Notes: a model not told the origin generated them from the letters alone. A DNA stretch of 64,000 bases from an uncultured Nitrospiraceae bacterium (GCA_963705105.1 CAVPIW010000005.1:448001-512000), one strand, 5' to 3'. Shown: positions 8,479-18,708, numbered from the stretch's first letter. Numbers and translations are program-made.

Positions 8479-9894
8479 CTAGCGCAGGCGATAGATGTGA
8501 ATATCCTCGAAAGTGGCGGTCGTCTTACCTTTGACCACAGGGGAGAACACAAGCCAGAGATGATCATGTGAAATAATCGGCTCTTCCCAGGTTCCCATTT
8601 CTTCCCCGTTCCAGAAGATCCGGCATGTCCGGCCCGTCTTTACCAAGGCCAATGTGCCGGGGGCAGGATCAGGATCCGTTTTTCCATAATCTCCCGATGT
8701 CTTCGTCCCGAGAATATGGTTCCACGGCTTGCCCTCTGCTGTTCGTCGATACACGTTTACCCAGGACTCGAGACCATACTTGAAGGCTGTCACCCCGATG
8801 ATGGAATCGGTTTTAATGACGTCTCCTGTTTTATTGCCGTACATGATCCCCGCAATATAGTCTTTGTGTGACGTTGTATCCACCCTGACTTTCACTGTCG
8901 CATAAAAATCCGAAAGGAGCTCGTCGGAGAGTTTGACTGTGCAACACTCATAGTTCTTTCCGCCTTTTGCGGTCATCTCTATCTTGTCCGCGTGAAATTC
9001 AATCGTTCCGGACTCGCAACGCACAGATTTTCCTAAACCACCGACGTTTACAGGGACGGTGGTCCGGGAATACGAGGCGAGTGCGTCCTCGATTGATCTC
9101 TTCCCTGCTCCCTTTTCAATGGATGCAGGTTCCTTCTCCTTTTGAGCCGGCGCCGGTTCTTTCCCGGTTCCAGGCCTGCCTGATCGAGAGTATACGAGCG
9201 CATCCATGCCGATATTGGGCTGACCCTTAATTTCAAAGGGCAAGGCGTCCACCGTGCCGCCTTCCTTGACGGCGCTGATGCGCCAGGTGCCCACCTGGAT
9301 CGCTTCGCCGTCCACGGTATAACTCACCTTGACAGCATCCCCTTCATCTGCGGGCCAATCCTTTTCGTCAATCCGGACCGTGATCACGTCTCCCCTGGTC
9401 ATGATTACCTTGCCTCTGGCCGTCAGTAACGGTTTGTTCTCCCGTCTGGACGCAGTAAAGGCATCATGATTGGTCAGGTGTTGACCTTGCGTAGGCTTAG
9501 GCGACTCGCCCGCAGGCGCAGATCCTGTAAAGAGATGGATCTCCGCCTTCATGTTCACCTGCGGTGGGTCTACACCCATAGCCATGATTGGTTCAGCTCT
9601 TACTATTCTTCCATCGACTGCTGTCACCTGCCAATCGCCGATGTCCAGTTCAATACGTCCCTCCCCGACCGTCTTGATGATGTCGACCTTATCTCCGACG
9701 GCCGGCAAAACAGGCTCTCTCGGGTCAAGGGCGATGGTCAGACGAAATCCGTCCACGGCAATGACTGTTCCTCGCAGTGTGAAGGCTGAAAAGGCGTATC
9801 CACCCATGAAGAGGCTGAGAACCGCTGCGAAAATCGACAGGGTCACGATTCTCTTAAGTAGCGTGGATGTGTTCTTCACTGCGCAGTTTTCCAT
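8479..9894 (-). CDS. Secreted hypothetical protein: two tandem ~80-aa beta-rich repeats plus a C-terminal lectin-like beta domain
   Basis: Signal-like N-terminus; repeated G.VI...G..TI...P..GD.V...G.W....V pattern. Confidence 0.7.
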   Translation of the reverse strand: MENCAVKNTSTLLKRIVTLSIFAAVLSLFMGGYAFSAFTLRGTVIAVDGFRLTIALDPREPVLPAVGDKVDIIKTVGEGRIELDIGDWQVTAVDGRIVRAEPIMAMGVDPPQVNMKAEIHLFTGSAPAGESPKPTQGQHLTNHDAFTASRRENKPLLTARGKVIMTRGDVITVRIDEKDWPADEGDAVKVSYTVDGEAIQVGTWRISAVKEGGTVDALPFEIKGQPNIGMDALVYSRSGRPGTGKEPAPAQKEKEPASIEKGAGKRSIEDALASYSRTTVPVNVGGLGKSVRCESGTIEFHADKIEMTAKGGKNYECCTVKLSDELLSDFYATVKVRVDTTSHKDYIAGIMYGNKTGDVIKTDSIIGVTAFKYGLESWVNVYRRTAEGKPWNHILGTKTSGDYGKTDPDPAPGTLALVKTGRTCRIFWNGEEMGTWEEPIISHDHLWLVFSPVVKGKTTATFEDIHIYRLR

Positions 9895-10147
9895 AGGATC
9901 AGTCTCCCGTTAATTTATTTTACTTCTCTACTTTATCCTGGACCCGGCGTATTGACTGGTCAAAAGAATCCATGTTCCGTCTCCCTAAAACGCCTGCCCG
10001 CGCAGTTCCCCCAACATGCCTCACGTTTCATATTTTGACTGCTATCTTTTTTTCTGTTCTCGGCTTATCAATAAAATCTATAACATCGTACAACAGTTCA
10101 TAGACTCCCGGACAGGGCAAAGATTGCTCCTTCGAAATGAAAATTTA

Positions 10148-12995
10148 TCAGAATCGTCTCCACTTATATGTACAAATATTCTTTTCGTATCTGCAAAATC
10201 CTTTACAGCCGGCAGTAAGAAGCTCAACATTACGCCATCCCCCATATTTTGAAAAAATTTGACCCGAATAGGATGTTGATCCATCAGATTCTGAGCCTAT
10301 TTTTTTCATCCTGAAATAGAGCATCCCCGGTTGATAACCGTCGTTTCTCCAATTATCACTAACCCTGATAATTCTCCCTTCGTAATTGACTCCATCTCTG
10401 GTGACAAATTCGACAGCTATGTTGCCGCTGGGATCTGATTCAAAACGACCCGACAGGTCACAGGATCCGTCTGGAGTCTGTACTTTTCTTCCGGCCACAC
10501 AACGCGTTTTGTCCGCCGACCAGACATGTCCCTGCGGACAAACACATAAGACTTTGCCGCTGGCATCGTTTCCGTCGGGCACACTGCCGGGATAATTGCG
10601 GGTGCAGAGTTCCTGTGGTGAAAGCTGTTTCTCGCATCCTGTTCGAGCGGCATTCCACACATATCCTTGAGGACATTCACAGTTGACCCTGCCGCCGGCA
10701 TCTCTTCCGGTGGGGACGCTGCCGGGATAATTCCGCGTACATAATTCTTGCGGCGGGATTTGTTTCTCACATCCCGTTCGAGTGGCATTCCAGGTATAGC
10801 CATCCGGGCACTCGCAGTTGACTTTCCCGTCAGCGGTCCTGCCTTGTGGAATGCTGCCGGGGTGATGCAGGGCGCAGAGCTCCTGTGGTGAAAGCTGTTT
10901 CTCGCATCCTGTTCGAGCGGCGTTCCATACAAATCCTTGAGGACATTCACAGTTGACCTTGCCGCTGGCATCTCTTCCGGTGGGGACGCTGCCGGGATAA
11001 TTCCGCGTACATAATTCTTGCGGCGGGATTTGTTTCTCACATCCCGTTCGAGTGGCGTTCCAGGTATAGCCATCCGGGCACTCGCAGTTGACTTTCCCGT
11101 CAGCGGTCCTGCCTTGCGGAATGCTGCCCGGGTGATGCAGGGCGCAGATCCTGCGGTGAAAGCTGTTTCTCGCATCCTGTTCGAGCGGCGTTCCATACAA
11201 ATCCTTGAGGGCAGACACAGTTGACCCTGCCGTCAGCGGTCCTGCCTTCAGGAATGCTGCCCGGGTGATGCAGGGCGCAGAGCTCCTGTGGTGAGAGTTG
11301 TACACAATGAGTTTTACCCGCAGCCCATTGGTAATCCTGAGGACAGACACAGTTGATTTTGCCGTCAGGTGTTTTCCCCTGGGCTATGCTGCCCGGAAGT
11401 TGTTGAGCACAGAGTTCGTTGGCGTGGGCATCTGCAGTGACGCACTGCGTTTTGGCCGGGTTCCATTGGAGTCCGTCAAAGCATCCGCAAGCAGGCTTTT
11501 GAGAGACATCATCCCAATAGGCCCGGCTTCCCGGAAACCGCGAGCAGTCAGAGGCTGCCACCTGCTCTTCCCGGGTGGGAACATATTGGCCATACACCCA
11601 GACAAGAACAGATGAGCCCTTGGACACCCGTATCCCTGCCGCAGGTTCTTGCCTCTGCACTGTGTCGGCAAAGCGCTGCTCCGGCGGCTTCCCCGCGTCT
11701 CGCCTGCCTGCCTGCAACCCTGCCGCCTCCAGCTTTCTTCTGGAATCGGGATAGGAAAGCCCTCCCACGTCAGGCACCGCAATGGCATCGACAAAAGCAC
11801 CGTAGACGAAGAGTGTCACCTCCGCGCCGGGAGTAATGGTCGCTCCCGGATTCGGACTCTGTCGTTCCACCGTCCCTGACTGCTCCCGGGTGGACGGTGC
11901 GCCTCCCGGCTGAATCACCGCGGTAAGGCCGGTTGCTGCAATGCTCCTCTCGGCCTTTTGCGCATTCAGACCCACAACGTCGGGAACTTTCCGGAGATCA
12001 ACGTACTGAGCGTGGACGGTAAGCGTCACCGTATCCCCTGCCTTTACCTGTATGCCAGGTGCAGGCCCCTGTTTTTCTACAGTTCCCGACTTCTCAGCCG
12101 TCGGGGCGGGAGAACCGGGTTGCACGTTCGGCAGCAGCTTGTTTCTTTCGAGCCATTTCCTGGATTCGCCCAGTGTTTTCCCGGTAAAGTCGGGCAAAAC
12201 CACTGCCGGCGGCAGATAGGGGGAGCGGACAGTCAACGTGAGAGTTTGACCTTTTTTCAGGAATCGCTCAGGACCAGGGTCCTGCCCTTCGACGGTGCCC
12301 TCCTGTTCCGGCGTGCGCGCGGGAGATCCGGGAGACAGAGAATATCCAAAACCGGCACCGGTCACCACTGCCCTGGCGTCGGCAAGGCGCATGTCTTTCA
12401 GGTCCCTGACTGCCCCATAGCGTCCGGCGCAGTGGCTGACGGATTCATTTTTCAGGCGGGCGACGACATATTCCTCCATGGTGCAGTGGTCGATGGAATC
12501 GAGTTGCCTTTTGTTGGTCCACAGATATACAGGGTCGATCCCACCGGTCTCGTGCCTCGACTCAATGACGCCTCCCCTGACCGTGCCGATCACATTCCCT
12601 TTGTTCGAGTAACGAACATTGTTCCCCTCGACGGCGTTCTCGGGGGGTTTGGCCGTGGAGATCCATTCACGGATCAGGAGTGCAGTTTCCTCTTTCTTCG
12701 GATCAACACTACGGGGGTCTGTGGCCTCCCTGCGCCCTTGATCCCTTGCATCTGTATCGCCGGCTTCAACACCCGGTGTTTCAGGCACAGCAGTCCTCTC
12801 CGGTCTTTCCAGGTCCCCGAAGCGCGGCACGCGGGAACCCACTTTCATGCCCTTCGCATCCTTTAAGGAATCCAACCAGGGGTCTTCTTGCGCACCGAGT
12901 GCTGACGGGAGCATGATGAAAACGATGAGCAGGCTCAAAGTCACCAGGCCTGAGATTGAAGACAGCATGTTCCTGTGCAATGTTTTTTTTGGCAT
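10148..12995 (-). pseudogene. Secreted 4xPASTA + 7-8 EGF-like 4-Cys repeat protein, split by a 2-bp deletion near 11149
   Basis: ORFs 11100-13091 and 10148-11350 are one gene. PASTA motifs (VPDVVGL..A, Q.P.PG). The ATG at 12995 follows the upstream stop. The repeat spacing is 270 bp but 268 bp across the break. Confidence 0.8.
10495..11425 (-). repeat. Intragenic tandem repeat, 135-bp (45-aa) units in 270-bp AB pairs
   Basis: aaagctgtttctcgcatcctgttcgagcgg at 10621, 10891 and 11159. Confidence 0.95.
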
Positions 12996-12996
12996 G

Positions 12997-15168
12997 TCAG
13001 TTCCCACAACCACCGCGCTTTCTGAGTTCACCCAGAGAGATGCCATTCTCATTAATGGTCTTCCAAGTATCTTTGAGTGACCTTCCTTCAAGTTGTTTCA
13101 CGTCCGTGATCGGACCGGTAAGCACGGTGATCTCTGCCCAATTAAAGATCTGGGGTGGCGCGTCTTTTGAAATCATACCCGGTGGGTTGACAATTTCGCA
13201 GACATCACCGAGCAGACGGCTATGATAGGCCTCGAGTTCGGTTCTCAGATCCTGTCCCCTCTTCAGCCGGAAAATCTCCTCATGAGAACCCGACTGGACA
13301 AGGCTCTTGCCCGCCCAGTCGGGGCTGGCTCCAATTCCCCCAACAGATATAACAAAAAGGGTTTCATCAGAACGTGGTTTCCTTTCATCAGGAGGTGGTT
13401 TCCTTTCGGCACAAATGAGCTTACCACCGTCCCGATAGCATAACCTCGGAGTGGCCCTTTCCTTGTTTATAACCAGGGTGGACTTTACTCCATCAAAGTC
13501 AACAATGACATTCTCTCCTGAGCAATGCCATTTTCCTTCTCTACGAATTATCGGGCTTTGCGCGGTCGGCAGGTTTGTCGCTCTGTCCCCACCCAGCTTC
13601 TCCATGACCATCGTGGCCTTGCAATCCGAAAGCAGCGTCAATTCCCCTTTTTCATCCTGTAGAGTCAAAAACCATTCCCCGGTCGCGTACGCCTGCTCGC
13701 AGGGACCACAATTCTCGCATGTCTTGATGTCCGGGTCCGGACATTTTTTGTTCGGCTCAAAGCGTGCGTTATTTTTTGCCGCGCACTCCCTAATCGACAC
13801 CGTCGAGCAATCCATGACGCTCGGTGATAGGGCACACGGCACATAGCATGCGCCCTCAACGGGGGGACAGGTACCCGGACAACCGTCCGGGAAAAACCTG
13901 GCGTCTTGCCTCAACAGACATTCAGCCTCGGAAACATTCTCTTCGCATTTTCCAAAGATGTCGCAACAGCCGCCCTTGGGTGGCTCCGGCTGTTGGCAGG
14001 GGTTCGGATCACAGGTCTTGCCAGGCAAGAAAACAGCACTGTCACCTTTTTTGCTGCAGTCGGCCTGCGTCTCTAAATTGCATTCACCATTGAAACAGCA
14101 TGCCCCTTTTGGTACTTGGGGCGTTGGTAGCTGGGGTGGAGGACACCTGGTGCCGTTTCCCTGGTACTTGCCGCTCAGGTATTGCACGCAGGAACACTCT
14201 GTTTGAAAGGGCTCACAGTTTGTGCCGACCATGCAGGCCCCGGTAAGGCTTCCACAGTCCTCTTCAAAGTTGCCACTGCATGGCCGATAAAGAGGCGTTC
14301 CGCACTGCTCCCCGCATTCCGTCCGTGGGAGGTCGACGCATTTTCCATTCAGACAGCATCCGTTCTTTGCTTTTGCACAAGGATTAGGGGTGCAGCTCCT
14401 TTTGTCCGGCATGAATGTCCCCACAGTTTTGCACCCGTCAGCATTAAGCAATAAACAAGGTCCGTTAGTAATACAGCACGCACGTTCTTCGAAATCTTTT
14501 CGATCTGTTCTTGCCTGGGAAACCGATTTGCATTTTCCTCCAGGTCCGCAACATGTTGCTTTACCCGCGGAAACCGTCCCTTCGGGGCAGGACTCACCAT
14601 CCCAAAGAAGTCCATCCTTTACACATTTCCCGTCAGAGCAGCATGCCTGTAAGGGTTCGACTCTGACTCGGCGCCCGTTAATGGTGAATTTCAAAGCTAA
14701 CTCACTATAGAAACATTGTGCCAATACCCCACGCAGTTTTTCCATGTCACTGTCGGAAATTTGAACTTCGTTAGTGCCATAAAGTCGACCATGTGACACG
14801 GCAAACCCACAGTATGATGTTGTTGTGTCCTCCCGTTGCGACTCAATAAATTTTATTCTTATCTCATCTGGAAGAGGAGCAGAGAGATATGGTGCAGTTG
14901 GATACCCTCGAACAACTGGTCTAAGTTCCCTAGCAGAGCAAACAAATGAGTCATCGCATTCAACAGGGAATTGTCCCAAATACATACCTTTCTCACATTC
15001 CTCCGGATCTTCGCTCGATCCGACGTGAAGCACAATCTCAGCGCCTCCCGAGGCATAAAGACCCCCAGGAACCCAGATCGCGTTTGCCATTATCAGAATC
15101 ACGACTGTTGGCAACAGCCTGAGGTAAGAAGAAAACCTTTCCAGAGATGTGGCAATCTTTTCTCTCAT
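12997..15168 (-). CDS. Secreted Cys-rich protein with ~6 GACC-type repeats
   Basis: Hydrophobic N-terminus; repeats such as GACCFNGECNLETQADC...C.PNPC and GGCCDIFGKC. Confidence 0.8.
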   Translation of the reverse strand: MREKIATSLERFSSYLRLLPTVVILIMANAIWVPGGLYASGGAEIVLHVGSSEDPEECEKGMYLGQFPVECDDSFVCSARELRPVVRGYPTAPYLSAPLPDEIRIKFIESQREDTTTSYCGFAVSHGRLYGTNEVQISDSDMEKLRGVLAQCFYSELALKFTINGRRVRVEPLQACCSDGKCVKDGLLWDGESCPEGTVSAGKATCCGPGGKCKSVSQARTDRKDFEERACCITNGPCLLLNADGCKTVGTFMPDKRSCTPNPCAKAKNGCCLNGKCVDLPRTECGEQCGTPLYRPCSGNFEEDCGSLTGACMVGTNCEPFQTECSCVQYLSGKYQGNGTRCPPPQLPTPQVPKGACCFNGECNLETQADCSKKGDSAVFLPGKTCDPNPCQQPEPPKGGCCDIFGKCEENVSEAECLLRQDARFFPDGCPGTCPPVEGACYVPCALSPSVMDCSTVSIRECAAKNNARFEPNKKCPDPDIKTCENCGPCEQAYATGEWFLTLQDEKGELTLLSDCKATMVMEKLGGDRATNLPTAQSPIIRREGKWHCSGENVIVDFDGVKSTLVINKERATPRLCYRDGGKLICAERKPPPDERKPRSDETLFVISVGGIGASPDWAGKSLVQSGSHEEIFRLKRGQDLRTELEAYHSRLLGDVCEIVNPPGMISKDAPPQIFNWAEITVLTGPITDVKQLEGRSLKDTWKTINENGISLGELRKRGGCGN

Positions 15169-15292
15169 GACAGAAATCCCTTAAGAACTTCCAGACCAGC
15201 CAGAAGCAGCTCATACATACTTCCCACCTTTAGATCCGTCCAGGGGTCAGCCAACCCTGACCCGACAGCGCCCGTGCAATAAAAAACCATCA

Positions 15293-15658
15293 TTATTGAC
15301 CCCACAATCCTCCAGGGGCCGGTTTTTCCTTTTCCGGCACGATCGGCCCGGGTTTGGAACACCATTGGCCGCTGCCACCATAGGAGGGGACATAACCCTG
15401 GGGGCAGCGGACACACACAGCGCCCGTCGTCACGTTCGACTGGACAGTCCAGCCTTGGGGGCAGGTTTCATAGCAGGTCGGAGGGTTCTTCCCGAACAGC
15501 CGCGAGTAGCCTTGCGGGCATTGAATGTTAGGCCGCGTCGTTGCAAGAACATGCTTCGGAGCGAAATGTTCCGCTTGAACCCTGTCTGCCGCCTGTACAG
15601 GAAGACTTCCTACCCCGGCGAGAGCAATTGTGCTTAAGAACATAAGGACTTTTATCAT
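15293..15658 (-). CDS. Small secreted Cys-rich protein (three CPQG repeats)
   Basis: RBS AGGAGG, signal peptide, CPQGY/CPQGW/CPQGY. Confidence 0.75.
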   Translation of the reverse strand: MIKVLMFLSTIALAGVGSLPVQAADRVQAEHFAPKHVLATTRPNIQCPQGYSRLFGKNPPTCYETCPQGWTVQSNVTTGAVCVRCPQGYVPSYGGSGQWCSKPGPIVPEKEKPAPGGLWGQ

Positions 15659-15742
15659 CTTTCTCCTCCTTTCTGCGATGCAGCCACAATCCGAACTCCA
15701 TCATCAAAGGCTGAGCAGCACCGGAACGTCGGTTCCTAAAAA

Positions 15743-15771
15743 ACCATAACCGTAAAGTGGCGGCTTGTCAA
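15743..15771 (-). promoter_or_regulatory. Sigma70-type promoter for the Cys-rich genes
   Basis: TTGACA-17 nt-TATGGT on the minus strand, ~85 nt upstream of ATG 15658. Confidence 0.5.
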
Positions 15772-15831
15772 GCATTTTTTGTGATCATCAGGCCTGCCAT
15801 CTATGAAGGACACGACAGAAAGCCTGATCGG

Positions 15832-16845
15832 CTATTTGTTTTCGCGACATATCATTTCGCCGTGCCGGAAAGCGCATTCCACTCTATAACCATATTTCAA
15901 TTGGATTATTGCACCTGCGGGAGAGATGCTGCCTATGGCAGGCTCGGAAAGGTGTTTTGCATCGGGCAGTTTTGTCTTTGATAGCAGGGTTATGCCGCCC
16001 GTCGTTATCTTCCAGGCGGCAAATTCCCGGGGTGACTCTGTTTCACCATCGACGTGCGTATCGAGATCCATTTCTTCGGGCTCAAGCACCGCTATGATCT
16101 CCTTTTTCTTATCCCCGTCCATATCCGCAAGGGCCGCGTAAATGACAGAGGGCGCGCCAGTCCAGTTCGGCCACCACATTTCGTAGCCGTCTTTCTTCCA
16201 TCGGAGCACGGCAGCGCCGGGCCGGGACGTTCTGTCACGGCCCCGGCCGGGCAGGAAGATCTCTGCTATGCCGTCACCGTCCAGGTCCGGAAACTCCGGG
16301 TGACCTTCAAGCAAGACTGGTCCGCTGATGAGATCGAGGGACTGCGTCTTCAGATTCAGGTAAAACAGTCCTGTGCCTGACGAGCCGCCGATACGAGTCA
16401 TAAAGACCGCCTTTGGATATGGCTGTTCATCGAGGAACCATGCTCCGGGGTTGTAGCCAAGACTCTCAGCCTTCAGCCTCAGGTATCGGCGGTATTTTCC
16501 GCGGATCTTCTTGAAGACGAGAAGCACCACGTTGTCGCCGTCTGTACGATTAAACGGCGACCAGTAGTCGACGAATACCTCCGGCGAACCGTCGCCGTCG
16601 AGGTCAAAGACACCGTAGAAAGTGGCAGAGTGCGCTTTCTTGACTTCCCGAGGGATTTTGACCAATCTGGTCCGACAGACAGAAGGCCTGTTTGAGTCGA
16701 CAAGACAGACCGTGCCGTCGGGGAAAAGGCGGGCCGGCAGCGAACCCTTCCCAAGCGGAGCGGGATCGATTGTCGCAGCGTTCACGCCTCCGGTGGGGAG
16801 GACAATGAGGGCGACAAGAACAAAGGAAAATATTATTGACAACAT
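15832..16845 (-). CDS. Secreted FG-GAP/VCBS repeat protein
   Basis: Signal peptide; DLDGDGSPEV, DLDGDGIAEI and DMDGDKKKEI motifs. Confidence 0.8.
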   Translation of the reverse strand: MLSIIFSFVLVALIVLPTGGVNAATIDPAPLGKGSLPARLFPDGTVCLVDSNRPSVCRTRLVKIPREVKKAHSATFYGVFDLDGDGSPEVFVDYWSPFNRTDGDNVVLLVFKKIRGKYRRYLRLKAESLGYNPGAWFLDEQPYPKAVFMTRIGGSSGTGLFYLNLKTQSLDLISGPVLLEGHPEFPDLDGDGIAEIFLPGRGRDRTSRPGAAVLRWKKDGYEMWWPNWTGAPSVIYAALADMDGDKKKEIIAVLEPEEMDLDTHVDGETESPREFAAWKITTGGITLLSKTKLPDAKHLSEPAIGSISPAGAIIQLKYGYRVECAFRHGEMICRENK

Positions 16846-16952
16846 TTTCTGATGACCTCTCGCCTTCGAAATCCTTTTCTGAAATGATACGCTCCGCCTG
16901 ATGAAAAGACAAGGGGGTCTTATTTGATGAACCTTGATGAATCGATAAAATT

Positions 16953-17171
16953 CTCATGAGGCCCCGGTCACAGGAGGAGGCGGGAATCCTGGTCGAGACC
17001 TACCAGCGGGGTGAACCGGAGATACTGAAGAGGGACTTCTTCAACTCGATATGCGCGGCCTTTACGATCGATGAGGTCCGGGAGCAGCTTCACGCTCCGG
17101 ACCTGAGTCATCTTTCCGTGCAACCCGTCAGCGACCGGCACATGATCATCTGCGGCACCATGCCCCGCTGA
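16953..17171 (+). pseudogene. Displaced 3' fragment of the methyltransferase (right copy of the 209-bp direct repeat)
   Basis: MRPRSQEEAGILVETY...MIICGT is nearly identical to the C-terminus of 7736-8404. Confidence 0.9.
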
Positions 17172-17221
17172 AACGGTATAATGATCTATAGCGTCAGAAC
17201 AGAGAAAGACAGGAGGGGCAA

Positions 17222-17395
17222 ATGGGTGAAGAGAAGGAATCGGGCGAGGGAAAGAAAAAGTCGATGTGCAAGGTCGGCAAGGAAGGCGACCTGGAGCGGA
17301 TCAGGCGCCGGGTGAGGGATTCGAAGTATTTCTGTGCGAAGTGCGGTCGTGCTGCCCACAGCAAGGTCTATCTCTGCAAGCCGACCGCCATCTGA
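17222..17395 (+). CDS. 57-aa putative Zn-binding protein (C...CxxC...LC), absent from the ORF track
   Basis: RBS AGGAGG; MGEEKESGEGKKKSMCK...KYFCAKCGRAAHSKVYLCKPTAI*. Confidence 0.7.
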   Translation: MGEEKESGEGKKKSMCKVGKEGDLERIRRRVRDSKYFCAKCGRAAHSKVYLCKPTAI

Positions 17396-17408
17396 CACGT
17401 CCCTGAAC

Positions 17409-18701
17409 ATGAAGGTCCTCCTTATCTCCGAGAACAGGTCGTCGCACCTGCTGTCACCCTTCCCTCTCGGCCTTGCCTTTTTATCGGCGGCCCTGAGGCG
17501 GGCGGGACACGAGGTGGCGGTCATCGATTTCATGTTCCTCGACGCATGGCAGGATGAGCTGAAGTCTGCGCTGGTGCGATTTCAGCCTGATGTTGTCGGT
17601 CTTTCCATCCGCAACATCGACAACCAGGACATGCATAACCCCGTTTTTTTCCTCGATGACCATCGCGCCATCGTCAATGCCATCCGCGCATTCAGCGACG
17701 CACCTGTCATCCTCGGCGGCGCCGGGTTCGGCATCCATCCCGCCGGCTGCCTCCGCTACCTCGAAGCGGATTTCGGCATTTACGGAGAAGGCGAGGAGGC
17801 ATTCCCCCTGCTCCTTGAGGCCATGAAGGACGGGGGGTATGAGGAGGTGCCCGGAGCAGTCCGGAGGATGGGGGACCGTATCGTTGTCAACCCTCCGGGG
17901 TTCATCACCGATCCGGACCGTTGGGTCTCTCCCGCATACGACGACTTCGACATAAAGGCCTATCACGAGGCGAAAACGGAGCTGCCGGGGTGCATCACCG
18001 TGCAGAGCAAGCGGGGCTGCCACATGAAATGTATATACTGCTCCACGCCCTTTCTTGAGGGGAGACAGTGCCGGTGGAGGGACCCGGGCCTGACAGTCGG
18101 CGAAATGGCCGTTTTGAAGAGGGAGATGGACGTCCGGCGCTTCTATGTCGTGGACAATGTGTTCAACTTTCCGCCCTCCCAGGCAAAGGACTTCTGCAGG
18201 CGGATCATCGCAGAGGGCCTGGATGTGAGCTGGCAGGCGATCGTGAACCCCGCCTTCGGTGACGGGGAACTCTTCCAGCTGATGGGGCGTGCGGGATGCA
18301 GGTTCATCAGCCTCGGGAACGAGTCAGGCCATGAACTCGTGCTGAGGAGCCTCCGGAAAGGATTTACCCTCAGGAATGTGAAAAAGGCCGCCGGCCTCGC
18401 CCGGTCGAACGGGATCAGGTTTGCATGCTTCCTCCTGCTCGGCGGGCCTGGTGAGACACGGGAAACGGTCATGCAGAGCATCGAGTTCATGGATGAACTC
18501 TCGCCGGACCTCGTGATGCTTAAGGCGGGGATCCGCATCTATCCCGGGACGGAGCTCGAAAGAATAGCCCGGCGCGAAGGGATGATCGGAGATGATGACG
18601 ACCTGCTTCGTCCCTCTTTTTACCTGTCGCCGGCCGTCAGGGACTGGGTGCGCGATTATCTGGACGTGACGGTACGGGACCGGGGAAACTGGAAAATTTG
18701 A
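17409..18701 (+). CDS. B12-binding domain radical SAM protein
   Basis: PLGLAFL..AL, SIRNIDN, RGCHMKCIYC (CxxxCxxC). Confidence 0.9.
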   Translation: MKVLLISENRSSHLLSPFPLGLAFLSAALRRAGHEVAVIDFMFLDAWQDELKSALVRFQPDVVGLSIRNIDNQDMHNPVFFLDDHRAIVNAIRAFSDAPVILGGAGFGIHPAGCLRYLEADFGIYGEGEEAFPLLLEAMKDGGYEEVPGAVRRMGDRIVVNPPGFITDPDRWVSPAYDDFDIKAYHEAKTELPGCITVQSKRGCHMKCIYCSTPFLEGRQCRWRDPGLTVGEMAVLKREMDVRRFYVVDNVFNFPPSQAKDFCRRIIAEGLDVSWQAIVNPAFGDGELFQLMGRAGCRFISLGNESGHELVLRSLRKGFTLRNVKKAAGLARSNGIRFACFLLLGGPGETRETVMQSIEFMDELSPDLVMLKAGIRIYPGTELERIARREGMIGDDDDLLRPSFYLSPAVRDWVRDYLDVTVRDRGNWKI

Positions 18702-18708
18702 AACCGGG

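Larger units (their letters stand above)
8405..16952. mobile_element. Putative genomic island of secreted proteins between 209-bp direct repeats; no integrase inside
   Basis: Flanking duplication of a gene 3' end, AT-richer segments, five co-oriented hypothetical genes. Confidence 0.65.

Noticed and set aside
10495..11425. Regular repeats as a CRISPR array
   Set aside because: They are contiguous in-frame 135-bp coding units with no unique spacers, and no cas genes are present. The same applies to 59740-60245.
8189..17161. 209-bp repeat pair as a DGR template/variable repeat
   Set aside because: The 6 mismatches are not adenine-specific (A in 3 of 6 positions in one copy and 1 of 6 in the other), and there is no intact RT gene in the window.
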